A stretch of DNA of 63,875 bases, the filler included, from Trichomonas gallinae (lineage: Eukaryota), in assembly GCA_008369845.1 (NCBI GenBank). It is 9 parts of 9 records of this genome, joined end to end, with 100 filler letters (N's around TTAATTAATTAA, not from the genome) between each part and the next. Parts side by side here need not be neighbours in the genome. Positions count along the whole stretch, not along the records: positions 11,964 to 35,138 come from MRSU01000175.1; 8 more parts are not named here. One strand, written 5' to 3'. Position numbers and translations under genes: made by a program. Within the stretch, counting starts at the first letter, position 1; each line of letters starts with the position of its first letter. Positions 18,154-30,100 of this stretch are shown here, piece by piece. A model generated the notes under the pieces. It saw only the letters and a program-made list of their open reading frames with translations. It was not told the DNA's origin and did not search any database.

Positions 18154-21100
18154 TTATGTCTTGAAAGAGTTGAGAGCGTTCTTGGCAGCCTCAAGCTTCC
18201 TCCTTGCTTCGACGACTCTGGCTTCGGCGTTGAGTCTTTCGAGGAGGTTGTTCTTCCTAGGCTCTGTGAAGGATGGGATAACGCCAAGTTGTGGGATCTG
18301 TGTATGCTGCTGCTGCTGTGCTTCCTCTTGTGGGAGCTTCTCCTTGAGCTTCTTCGCAGTGTTGGACATACCTCTTGATAAGTTCTCCATAGCCTGGGCA
18401 ATCTCCGGTGTGCCGCCGGTCTTGCGGACTGTGCTTGCGAGAGTGGCCATGAGTTCAGCGAGCTTGACGCTGATGTTTGTGGCATTCTTTGTGGCCTCGA
18501 TGTCGTCGATCGAAGTCAGGGTGCGGGCTGACTTGATGAGTGACTGTGCGAGGGCTGGGATTGGTGTGCACTTCTCGTCAAGAAGTTCGCCAGAAATGAA
18601 TGAGACCTGTGAGCGTGCGAACTCGACAATGGTCTTCGATGTGGATGCGATTGGGATGAAGGAGATGATGAGCTCTGAAGCTTCCTTGGATCTCTTCTCG
18701 GCCTGCTGGGAAAGTGAATCGAGTGTGTTTGTAGCATCGTTGAGTGCGGCTGATGCCATCTGGGCCAATTCACCGGTTGTAAGATCCTTGAATTCAAGAG
18801 CACCTAATGCTTCTTGTGTAGCCTTCTCGAGCTCAGTGATATCAGCATCAAGTGATGGAGCATCGTAGATCTTGGATCTGCAAGCAACAATAGCGCAGTC
18901 ACCTGCCTTGATAACGAAGTTGAGGTTAGCGCGTGTTGTGATGTAAGCGAGGGAGTGGTGGAAGTTGGTGAGAGAACTGACGATCTCTTCTGGGACACCC
19001 TTGTTGATGGAAACCTTGAGATCGCTGAGAGACTCGTTGACAACAGCGTTGCACTGCTCCTGTGTGCCAGATGGGTATTCAGAGACACGTGGTGTGAATC
19101 TGATTGGGATCTTGGCATCGATCTCTGGTGAGACGCGGATTGGCTCAGCAGACTTGAACTGGACGTAATGTGTTCTCAATTCAATGATCTGGCCAACAAT
19201 AGCCTGGGCGAATTCGACTGTGAAGTCCTCTGGGCCTGATATGGAGGCGAGCTTGGCTTCGAGAGCGCTGAGGAGAGCAGCGAGATCTGCACCCTGCTGG
19301 CCCTGGTATGAGGCGATACGGCTCTTCATACCACGGATTGTGGAGAAGATGTCTGTTCTGATTCTTGTGAATGTTCTCATTGCGAGTGGCTTTCTGGATG
19401 CAACACCTGGGTTAGTAGATGTAGCATCGTATGTATGTGGTGGAAGTGTGGCATTGATTCTTGCAAGACGTGAGATGTCTGTCAAGACAGAAACGGCAGC
19501 CTGTGAGAACTGGTCGTTGTTGTACTCGTCAGCTGGGATTTCAGCGAGCTCATCGTACTTGTTGGCGATCTTGTTGACGACAAGTGTGAACTCTCTGTTG
19601 GCCTTCTGGACGCCTCTCTGGTCTGCATTATCTGCCTGGACATCGAGTTCCATGAATGTGTTGAAGAGGTTCATGATGTCCTCATTGAGGTCGAAGTTCT
19701 CGCTTGCCTTTGTGGACTGCATGAGTGCGCTGATGGCAACATCGAGAGCACCAACCTTCATCTGAGAAAGGGCGAGCATGGACTCTTGCTTCTTCTTGCC
19801 CTTTGTAGCCTGAACAAGGACTGCGGAGCTGGCTTGGACAGAGTCAGAGAGTGCCATGATTCTATCAGCGATTGCGTTGAAGTCGTTATCGCTTCTGAGT
19901 GGGCCGCAGATTTCGGACTGGATGACATCTTCGACAGCGGTGATGAGGTTGGAGAGGTCATCTCCATCATCCTGTGTGATGATTGCGCGTGCTTCAACCT
20001 TTGTGGCGAGAGCGACGAGTGGAGCGGAGAAGAGTGTGACATTTGGAAGATCCTTCATGAGTCCTGCAAGCTTGGAGTTAGCAGCAAGCTTTGGTGCGAT
20101 TTCGGCGATCTTCTCGATGTTCTTCTCTTCAAGGGCTGTTCTAATGTCATCGACGTTGTTGAGTGTGGCGAGTGATGGATCGACTGTGTCAAGTGTAGCG
20201 GCAGCTTGAAGGAGTGCTAAGGAGTCCTTGTCGGTGCTAGCACTAGCAACAGCGCGGGCAAGCTCAACGTTGACTGCGTCGAGTCTGTCGTCTGGAAGGT
20301 TGAATGCAACCATGTTAGTTGTTGCCTTTGCAGTGATGACAGGAAGGACTGCCTTGATTTCATCCTTGGATGCGAGAGCCATGTTCTTGTGGATGTCGAC
20401 GTTCATCTTGACTGGATCGATGCTGGATGGATTGACAGACATTGACTTGACTGTGTCGAGAGCGTTCATGAGATTGTTGACCTCGATGATGAGAGCATCC
20501 TTCTTGGCAACTTCCTCTGGTGTGAGTTCCTTGACTGGCTTGTTAAGGAGTGGCTGAAGCTCGTTGGCCTTGAGCTGGAGGTCTTCGATGCACTTCTCAA
20601 CGAATCCGGCTGGAGCCTTCTCGTTTGTTGTGATTTCCTTGAATTCCTCGATGATGGTTGGCGATGGCATCCTTGCGGATACGACGACAATCTCATCATC
20701 AGAAGACTCATGTGGTGCGGAAGCCTCGGCCATAGCTTCGGATGGGATTGCACGCTCCTTAGCCTTGATCTTCTTAATCTTCTTAATGATCTTCTTCTTC
20801 TTTTCTGTCTTCTTTGGTGGCTTGCTAACTGGCTTAGCTGGCTGTTGTTGCTGTGGCTGTGGGCTCTGCTGCATCATTGCCATCATTTGCATGCCTGGAT
20901 ATCCACCAATTGGTGATGGGAATCCCTGCATTGGAGAGCCTGGCTGGAATGTCATCGGGAATCCATGCATTGGTGATCCATATGGTGATGGTGACAATCC
21001 ATAGAGCTGAGCCATAGCCTGCTGGTAGCCTTGCTCGAATCCGCTGCGGTAGCTGAGTGGTCTGCGAGCCTGGAGCTGTGGTGTCTTTGGAAGTTCCTTG

Positions 21101-24100
21101 CTCTTGTTGAGGGTGAAGATCTCGCGGCGCTTGTCTGATGGGATCTTCTCAGCTGTGTAGTCGATTTCGGCAAGTGCGTCGTTCATGATTTGCTGGCGGG
21201 CAACTTCCTCAGCAAGGGCCTGGATGAGTTCATCGATCTCGGATGTCTTGTCTGGTGTAACAAGGAGTTCGATAGCTTCGCCCGCTTCTGTTCTGATAGC
21301 GCGGCCTGATGTTGTAGCGCCAACCTTGACGGCGACGCCCTCAATTGGGCCGAGCTGCTTGATCTTGGCGACGACAAACTCTTCTTGTGGCTTGGTCTTG
21401 ATGATCTCCTTGGCAGCATCAGAGTGAGCATCGTGCTTGGCGATGAGCTTGCGGACCTTGTTGAAGTCTTCTGGCTTGAAGTTGACCTTTGCGAGTTCAT
21501 CATCCTTGATTCCCTTGATGAGGAATGCGTTGACATCTGCCTGAGCATCGAGTGTCTGGAGGATTGGGAAGAGAAGTTTGGCTTGTTCTCTGTTGAACTG
21601 GCCATCTCTGATAGCAAGGTCAACTGTCTTGCGGATTTCCTCGTCACGAGCCTTCTGGTCTGGCTTGGTTGTGTGGTTGGCGAGAATGTCGACAAGGTAA
21701 TCATGCTGATCATCGTTGAATCCGAGAGCGAATGTTGTTGTATGGCTGTTCTCGATTGGGTTGATGCCAACGACAGCAGCGGAGATCTGTTCAACAAGAA
21801 GGCTGCCAGCAGAATCAATGACAGCTCTTGTGAATGCATCAGCGTGTGGCTTGTCGAGCTTCTCTAATGCTCTGTCATGGATCTCTGTGTTGAGGAGAGC
21901 ATCGAGAACGGCACCAGCAACATCAAACTTGAAGTCTGGTGTGTGGGCCTTAACGACACGAGCTTCGACGAAGTGGTTCTGCTCGTTTGTGAGGGAATCG
22001 AGTGGCAAGTAGCTTTCGACGACTGATGGGATGGAACGGTCGGCGATTTCTGCAGCCATAGAGATCAACTGGCCATCGAGTGCTCCTGGAATGATTCTTG
22101 GATCAATGCTTGATTCAGCGAGAGCAAGGAATGTTTCCTTGCCTGTTGGCTTCTTGGCAGCAAGCTTGACGATCTCTTTGTTCTGATCGGACATGGTCGA
22201 TTCTGGGATCTCGATTGGCATACTTGGAAGTCCGTATGGAGAGCCGATGAATGTCTGCATGTGTGGAGCTCCACCTGGGAATCCATATGGAGCCTGGCCT
22301 GGGAAGCCATATGCAGATGCTCCTGGAGATGGTGGCATTCCGAATGGTGTTGGAGCTCCTGCAGCAAAAGCAACTTGTCTCTGTGGCTGGACTGTCATTG
22401 GCTGTGGCTTACCCTGGCTTGGAACTGGGATGTTCCTGAACTTGCGAGAGCGGGAGTTGATTGGGTTCTCTGCGATATCGCCGAGCTCTGGTTGAGCAGC
22501 AGCGACAAGGGAGTTGCGGCGGATTGTCGGGCGAGCTGTGCTGACTCTTCTGTTGGAGTTCTTCTTGTGAGCCTTGCGGCGGTGATCCTTCGGGATCTTA
22601 GCGTTCTCCATGGCAACATCGGCGCCAGCAGCGACGCGAACTTGCTCCTTGGCAAGTTCCTCGGCAACTGGGACGAGGAGAGCACTGAAGTCATCAAGCT
22701 GCTCCTTCGGGATTGTGCGCTCAGCGATGCGCTCTGTATCTGTGAGTAGGAGTTTGGAATCGATTGGCTTGAGTGCAGTGACAGCAGCCTCTTCGACCTT
22801 CTTGAGTTCAGCGATCTTGTCCTTGACAAAGTCTTGCTGCTCCTTCTTCTTGAGAAGGACCTTGGCCTTGTCAGACTCTGTGTCGTGTTCGGCGATGAGC
22901 TTGCGAGCATCTGGGATCTCTTCTGGCTTGAAGCCAGCCTTCTCGAACTCGGCATCTGGAATAGCCATGACGAAGTCTGAAACATCCTTCTGAGCATCGG
23001 CAGCCTTGAGGAGGTCGCGGACTGTGCGTGTCTGCTCTGGAGTAATCTTGTTGGCATCGACGGCCATTTTGATTTCATCTTCGATGATGCCATCACGCTT
23101 GGACTTGTCTGGGCTTGTCTCGTGCTTGGCGAGGATTTCGGCAACATTGTCCTGCTGCTCATCGTTGAATCCGAGTGAGCGGCATAACTTGCGGGAGTTC
23201 TCGAATGGATTTGTGCCTGTGACAGCGGATGAGTGCTGCTCGGCGACTGCATCAGCGATGGCATCGGCAATAGCACGAACGAGTATTGGTGTCTTGACGC
23301 TGTCGAAGTTCTGGGCAGCCTTGTTGCGGATGTCAGACTTGGTGAGAACATCGTATGTGGAGCCAGCAACGTTCTCGAGGAAGTCTGGAGAGTTGACGGA
23401 GCGGAGTCTGTCTTCAACGACAGCGTTCTGCTCTGGAGACATTTCTTCGACTGAGACGTAGGAAGCCGAGACTGTTGGAACTGTGTGTCCGCAGGCCTCG
23501 ATGGCGACGGCAATGTCTGCACCACCGAGTTCGACTGGGATGTCGTATGGATCGATTCTGTCCTTGCGGAGCTGACCGATTGTGTTCTTGTTGCCGCGGG
23601 CTCTGGCTCTCTTGACCTTCTCCTTCTGTTCTGCAGAGAGTCCATCCTGGTGCTCTTCGTCACCCTTGTTGACTTCGAAGACTTCGTGGCGCTTCTCGAG
23701 TGGGATCTTGCGGACGGTGTGATCGACTTCAGCGGCGAGTGCGATACGAGCCTGTTCCTTGGCTGTCTCCTTGGCAAGGTCTTCGATGATTGGATCGAAG
23801 TCGCTAGCGTACTCTGGTGGAAGAGATCTTTCAACGACAGCTCTTGTGTCGTTCTTGAGAACTGCTTCATCGACTGGAGCGAGTGCATTAGCAGCTTCAT
23901 CATCGAGCTTGGTCTGAGCGTCGATCTTCTCCTGGATGTAGCTCTTCTGTTCTGGTGTCTTGAGAAGCTTCTTGGCATCATCGGATTCAACATCGTGGTT
24001 GATGATGAGCTTGCGAGCACCGGAGTACTCGTCTGGCTTGAATCCGTGAGCAGCGAGCTCGGTATCCTGGATGGAGTTGACGTGAGCAGCAGAGTCGCGG

Positions 24101-27100
24101 AGTGAGTCGAGGAAGTGAAGGAGTCCCTTGAGGAGCTTGGCTTGCTCTGGTGTGATCTTCTTGTCCTTGACAGCCTGGTCGATGACCTTCTCGATTCCTG
24201 TTGAGCGAGCAGCCTTGTCTGGTTTGGTCTCGTGCTTGTTGAGTGTTTCGACAACGAAATCGTGCTGCTTTGGATTCATGCCGAGAGCCTTTGTGATTCT
24301 GTGGCTGTTCTCTACTGGAGTGATGCCAACGACAGCGGCAGAGTGCTGTTCGTTGAACAGATCTCCGAGGACATCTGCAAGAGCCTGGAGGAGTGGAATA
24401 GCAGCGGCAGATCCAACCTTCTTGTTGGAGTTCTCTCTGACCTTAGAGTTCTCGAGAGCATCCAATGTGGAGCCAGCAACTTCGTCCTTGAATTCCTGTG
24501 TATGAGCCTTCTTGACACGTTCTTCTTCGAACTTGTTCTGATCGGCTGTGAGTGCAGCGACTGGTGTGTAGTAGCTCATGAGACGTGGGCGAGCCTTCTC
24601 ACCGGCCTGGTAGGCGAGTGCAATGTTCTGGCCGCCAAGTGAGGCTGGGATTGTTTGTGGAGAAATGTTGTCCTCGCGGAGCTGCTCCATTGTCTTCTTG
24701 CCGTTCTGGGACTTGGCCTTCTTGACCTTCTCGCGGTCCTCGGCGTCGAGTGCGCTCTCTGGGATATCGCGTGCAACTGGTGTGTGGAAATCGCGGTCTG
24801 TTGTGGATGCGAACTTCCTGGAGTTGAACTGGGAGATTGTGCGGTACTGAGAAGCTGGTGTCATCTCAGTAACATCTTCTGTGATCTGTCTACGCTTGTC
24901 TTGCTTGATGCGGATTTCGGCGAACTCGATATCAGCTGTGACACCGATTGCAAGTTGTTCTCTAGCTGTTTCTTCAGCGACAAGTTCGATGATGTTATCG
25001 ACGAGATCGATCTTCTCTTCTGGGATGAGGTAGTCGTAGACGTTGGCTGTCTGCTGGGAAATGATTTCCTCATTGAGCGTTGTGAGTGCTTCGACAGCAT
25101 CGTTTTCGAACTCCTTCATGTCGCTCCATGTGCTCTTGAAGAATCTCTTCTGATCGTTGGATTCGAATAACTTCCTGAACTCATCGGAGTTGAGATCCTT
25201 CAATGCGAGTGAGCGTCTAACTGCCCAGAAATCGTTCTTCTTCCAGCCAGCGGCCTCGATGTCTTCATCCTTGATGTTGGCAAGGTGCTCGGAAATGAGG
25301 TGCTGAGAATCGACGGCCTGGAGGATGTACTTGAGCATGTCGACCTGAGCTGGTGTCAAAACGCCAGCAGTCTGGGCCTTGAGCATCTCCTGGCGGATGT
25401 TCTCTTCGCGAACAGTTGGTTCGACTTCTGTATGGCGTTCCTGAAGAACATCGATGACGTAAGCATGCTGGACATCGTTGAATCCGAGGAATTGCATGAT
25501 CTTCGGGCTGTACTCGAAGATGGAAACACCTGTGATGGCAGCATTGCGCTGGGCCTCTATGATTTCACCTGCAGCATCAGCAGAAGCCTTGGATAAGTAG
25601 TCAGCGACAACCTTATCAAGGTGTCCGTAGGCGTGGTGATGCAAGCTGGAGTTCTCGAGGACGTTGAGTGTGGAGCCGGCAATGTCGTCCTTGAATTCCT
25701 TGGTCTGGGCGTAGTTGATTCTCTTCTCCATGAATGTGTTCTGGTCTTCTGTGAGATCATCCTGTGGAACGTATGGTTCAACGATCATGATCTCGGCCTT
25801 CTCGGCGAAGTCGACAGCGTTGGAGATGTTCTGGCCACCAACAGAGTCTGGGATGGAGTGAACATCGATGTTCTCGCGCTTGAGTTCTTCGATTGTGTTC
25901 TTGCCACCCTTTGACCTGGCTCTCTTGACCTTGTCCTTTGCCTCTGGTGTGATAGCGTCTTCTGCGACTTCTGCACGGAGGGTTGGAAGCTGGATGTGGG
26001 ATGGGATTGCAACTGGTGCCTTGGACTTTCTTGTTGGATCCTTGTTCTTCTCGAAGACTTCGTGGCGTTCTTCCTTGCCGATGTCGTGGCTGTCGAATCC
26101 GACTTCAGCGGATGTGTTGATGCGGACTTGCTCCTTGGCAACTTCCTTAGCGACATCTTCAAGGATCTTCTCGACATCATCGAGTTTGTTAGCTGGAACA
26201 CTGCGCTCGATAACCTTGAAGGATTCCTTCTTCATGACTTCCTTATCGAGTGGAGCCATCTTCTCGGCAGCCTTGTCTTCGAGCTTCTCGAGATCAGCGA
26301 TCTTGGACTTGATGTACTCCTTCTGGTTTGGTGTCTTGGCGATCTTCTTAGCCTTTTCAGACTCTGGTTCGTGATCAGCAATGATCTGTCTGACATCATC
26401 GCATTCTTCTGGCTTGAAGCCCTGGTTGATGATATCCTCATCCTGGATGGATGTGACGTACTGAGCTGCATCGTTCATTGCGTCGACAGCATCGAGGATC
26501 TGCTTGAGTGTCTTGGCCTGTTCTGGAGAGATCAAGCCATCCTTGACTGCCTTTGTGGCTGTCTTCTTGTTCTCTTCGTCGCGCTCCTTCGGATCCTCTG
26601 TTGTCTCGTGGTCGTTGATGATCTTGACGATGTTATCGTGCTGCTCTGGTTCAAAGCCAAGGCCCTTTGTCATCTTGCGAGAGTTCTCGAATGGTGTGAT
26701 ACCTGTGATGGCAGCGGACTTCTGCTCATTGAGGAGGTTACCAGCGGCTGTTGCGGCAGCGTTGGTGATTGTATCTGCCTGATACTTCTCAAAACCTCTG
26801 TCAGCCTTCTCGCGTGTCTTGGAATCTCTGATTGCATCGAGTGTTGCACCAGCGATATCATCCTTGTATTCCTTCTCGTTGGCCTTATTGAATCTGTCTT
26901 CGATGAAAGCGTTCTGCTCCTTGGTAAGCTCTTCGTGTGGTGTGTATGTCTTGGCAACAGCTGGAACTGCGCGCTCACCAACCTGTGTGGCTGCAGCTAT
27001 TTCGAGACCACCAAGTCTTGATGGGATGCTGGCTGGTAAGACGCCTTCCTTGCGGAGGTCTTCGATTGTTGTCTTACCGCGTTTAGCCCTGGCCTTTCTG

Positions 27101-30100
27101 ACCTTGGCCTTCTTCTCTTCTGGAAGAGCATCGTCTGCGACTTCCTTGAAGATCTGCTTGAACATTGGTCTGTTGGCAGAGTTGCGGCCGGAATTGCTGC
27201 GAGTGCTGGATGGGCCTGTGGACTTGTGGGAGCTGGATGCGCGGTCGTACTTGTGCTTCTCGACGTTGTCGTCGAAAACCTTCTGTCTTTCCTTCTCGTC
27301 GATCTTCTTGCCTGCAAAGTCGACTTCGGCATTTGCAGCAATACGAGACTGCTCCTTAGCAACCTCCTTGGCGAGGTCTTCGATAATGTCATCGACAATG
27401 TCGAACTTGCTTGATGGAACTGTCTTCTTGATCTGGTCGTTAGACTTGTTCTTGATGAGTTCCTTGTTGACTGGTGTAAGAGCCTCGACGACCTTATCGA
27501 AGAGCTGAGCAAGTTGTTTAGCCTTGTCCTCGACAAACTTCTTCTGCTTGTCGTCTCTGATGTGCTCCTTGGCCTTTGGAGATGTTGTGTCGTTGGCAGC
27601 GATGAGCTTACGAACTTCGTTGTTCTCATCTGGTAAGAAGCCAGCCTTGGCGAGTTCGGAGTCTGTAACCTTCTTTGTAAGGAAGTCATTGACATCCTGC
27701 TGGGCATCCTTGGCTCTAAGGATATCCTTGAGCAATTCACCCTGCTCCTTTGTAACAAGACCATCTTCGACAGCCTTGTCAACCTTGCTGTTGATTTCGG
27801 CTTCGCGGGCCTTCTCGTCTGGCTTGGTCGTGTGCTCGCGGAGGAGATTGTTGACGAACTTCTGCTGCTCCTCATCGAGGTTGAGGGCATCTGTGAAGTT
27901 GTTGCTGTTCTCGAATGCAGAAACACCAACAACAGCGGCAGCGTGCTGTTCAGCGAGGACATCACCTGCAGCATCGGCTGTTGCGCGGATGACTGTGATG
28001 GCTGGTTCCTTGTCGAGGCGTTCGTTAGCTTTCTCGCGGATCTTAGCGGCTTCGACAGCTGTGAGTGTTGATCCAGCAACCTCGTCACCGAAGTCGTCTG
28101 TATAAGCCTTCTTAACTCTGTCTGCGATGAACTGGTTCTGTGGCTCAGAAAGGTTATCGCTTGGCTTGTAATCTTGGGCAACTGTTGGTGTAGCACGCTC
28201 ACCAGCATCGTAAGCTGATGTGAGCTCGAAGCCACCGAGAGATGTTGGAATGGTGTCTGGATAGATGTTGGCATCGCGAAGATCCTTCATTGTATCCTTG
28301 CCGCCCTTGTTCTTGGCCTTTCTGACCTTCTCCTTCTCTGTTGGAGCCATGTAGTCGTCTGGGATTTCGCGGATCTTTGGCTGGCCGAACATGTTCATCT
28401 GAGCAGAGATGTAGATTGGTGCTTGGGACTTCGGTTGTTCTGCAGCCTTGTCCTCATCCTTGTTCTCAGCAAAGACAACAGAGCGGTCGCCCTTCTTGAT
28501 GTCTTCCTCAGCGAAATCGATGTCAGCGTTTGTGGCAACGCGGACCTGTTCCTTAGCGGCTTCTTCAGCGAGGTTATCGATGATCTTCTCAACATCACCA
28601 AGCTTGAAGAATGGAACGTGCATCTTGATGGCGCTGTTGGCTCTCTTCTTGACAACCTTCTTGTTGATTGGCTTCATTGCCTGGACGGCATCGTTTTCAG
28701 TCTTCTCAAGTTCCTTGATCTTGTCTTCCACGAACTTCTTCTTCTTCTCATCCTTGAGGAGCTTCTTGGCCTCATCTGAGTCTGTGTCGTGGTTAACGAT
28801 GAGCTTGCGGACATCAGAGAAGTCCTCTGGCTTGAATCCTTGTCTGGAGAGTTCAGCTTCAGAAACCTTGTTGTTGATGAAGTCATCGACGTCGTTCTGA
28901 GCATCGATAGCTGTGAAGATCTCTCTGAGAGCTGGAGCCTGATCCTTTGTGATCTTGCCATCGTTGATTGCCTGTTCGACAACCTTCTCGACTTCACCTT
29001 CGCGAGCGGCCTTGGCCTTTGGTGTGTCATGCTTGGCAATGACCTCCTGGATGAACTCGTGCTGGTCTTCATCAAATCCAAGAGCAGCTGTGAGTTCGCG
29101 GCTGTTCTCAAATGGTGTGACACCCATGATAGCAGCGGAGTGCTGTTCGTTCATGAGATCGCCAGCAGCTTCGGCAGCGGCCTTGAAGACTTCGTGGGCA
29201 GCTTCCTTCTCGAGTGTATCATAAAGATCACCGCGGACATTGGAGTTCTCGAGTGTATCGAGTGTGGAGCCACCAACTTCGTTGTTGAAGTCTTGTGTGA
29301 AGGCATCGGCAACTCTGTCTGCGAGGAACTCGTTCTGATCGTCGCTGAGCTTGTTGGATGGTGTGAACTCCTCCTTGACGGATGGTGTTGCGGCTTCAGC
29401 TGCTTCAGCAACAGCTGTGAAGATTTCACCACCGAGTGTTGTTGGGATAGCACGAAGATCGATTTCGTTCTTCTGGAGATCATCGATGGCATCCTTGCCT
29501 CCTTTGTTCTTGGCCTTTCTGACCTTGCGCTTCTCTGTGGCGGCCATTGAGTCGTCTGGGACAACCCAATCACCTTCGTAAGCTGGAGCGAAGTCTTCAG
29601 CAAAGTCTGGGATGTCGCGTTCGACGGCCTTCTCGGACTCTGGCTCGGCGCTCTTGTGGTCGTGGGCGATGTCGTGGCGGGATACCTTATCGATACCCTT
29701 ATCGTGGAAGTCAACATCTGCCTTTGTAGCAACCTTGACCTGCTCCTGGGCAACAGCCTTGGCGAGGTCGCCGATGATCTTATCGACTTCATCCTGCTTG
29801 TCAGCTGGGACGTTCCGCCTAACTTCATCAGAAGCCTTGTTCTTGATGATATCCTTGTTGACTGGAGCAATGGCTTCGACGACCTTCTCTTCGAGCTTAT
29901 CGAGTTCTTTGGCCTTGTCGTCGACAAACTTCTTCTGCTTGGCATCCTTGATGTGCTTTTTGGCCTCAGCGGAGTCGGAGTCGTGGTTAGCAATAAGCTT
30001 GCGAACATCGGCGAACTCCTCTGGAGCGAAGCCTTGTTGGGAAAGCTCGGAGTTGGTGATGCCCTTGTTGACGAAGTTGTTGCAGTCGTTCTGGGCATCC

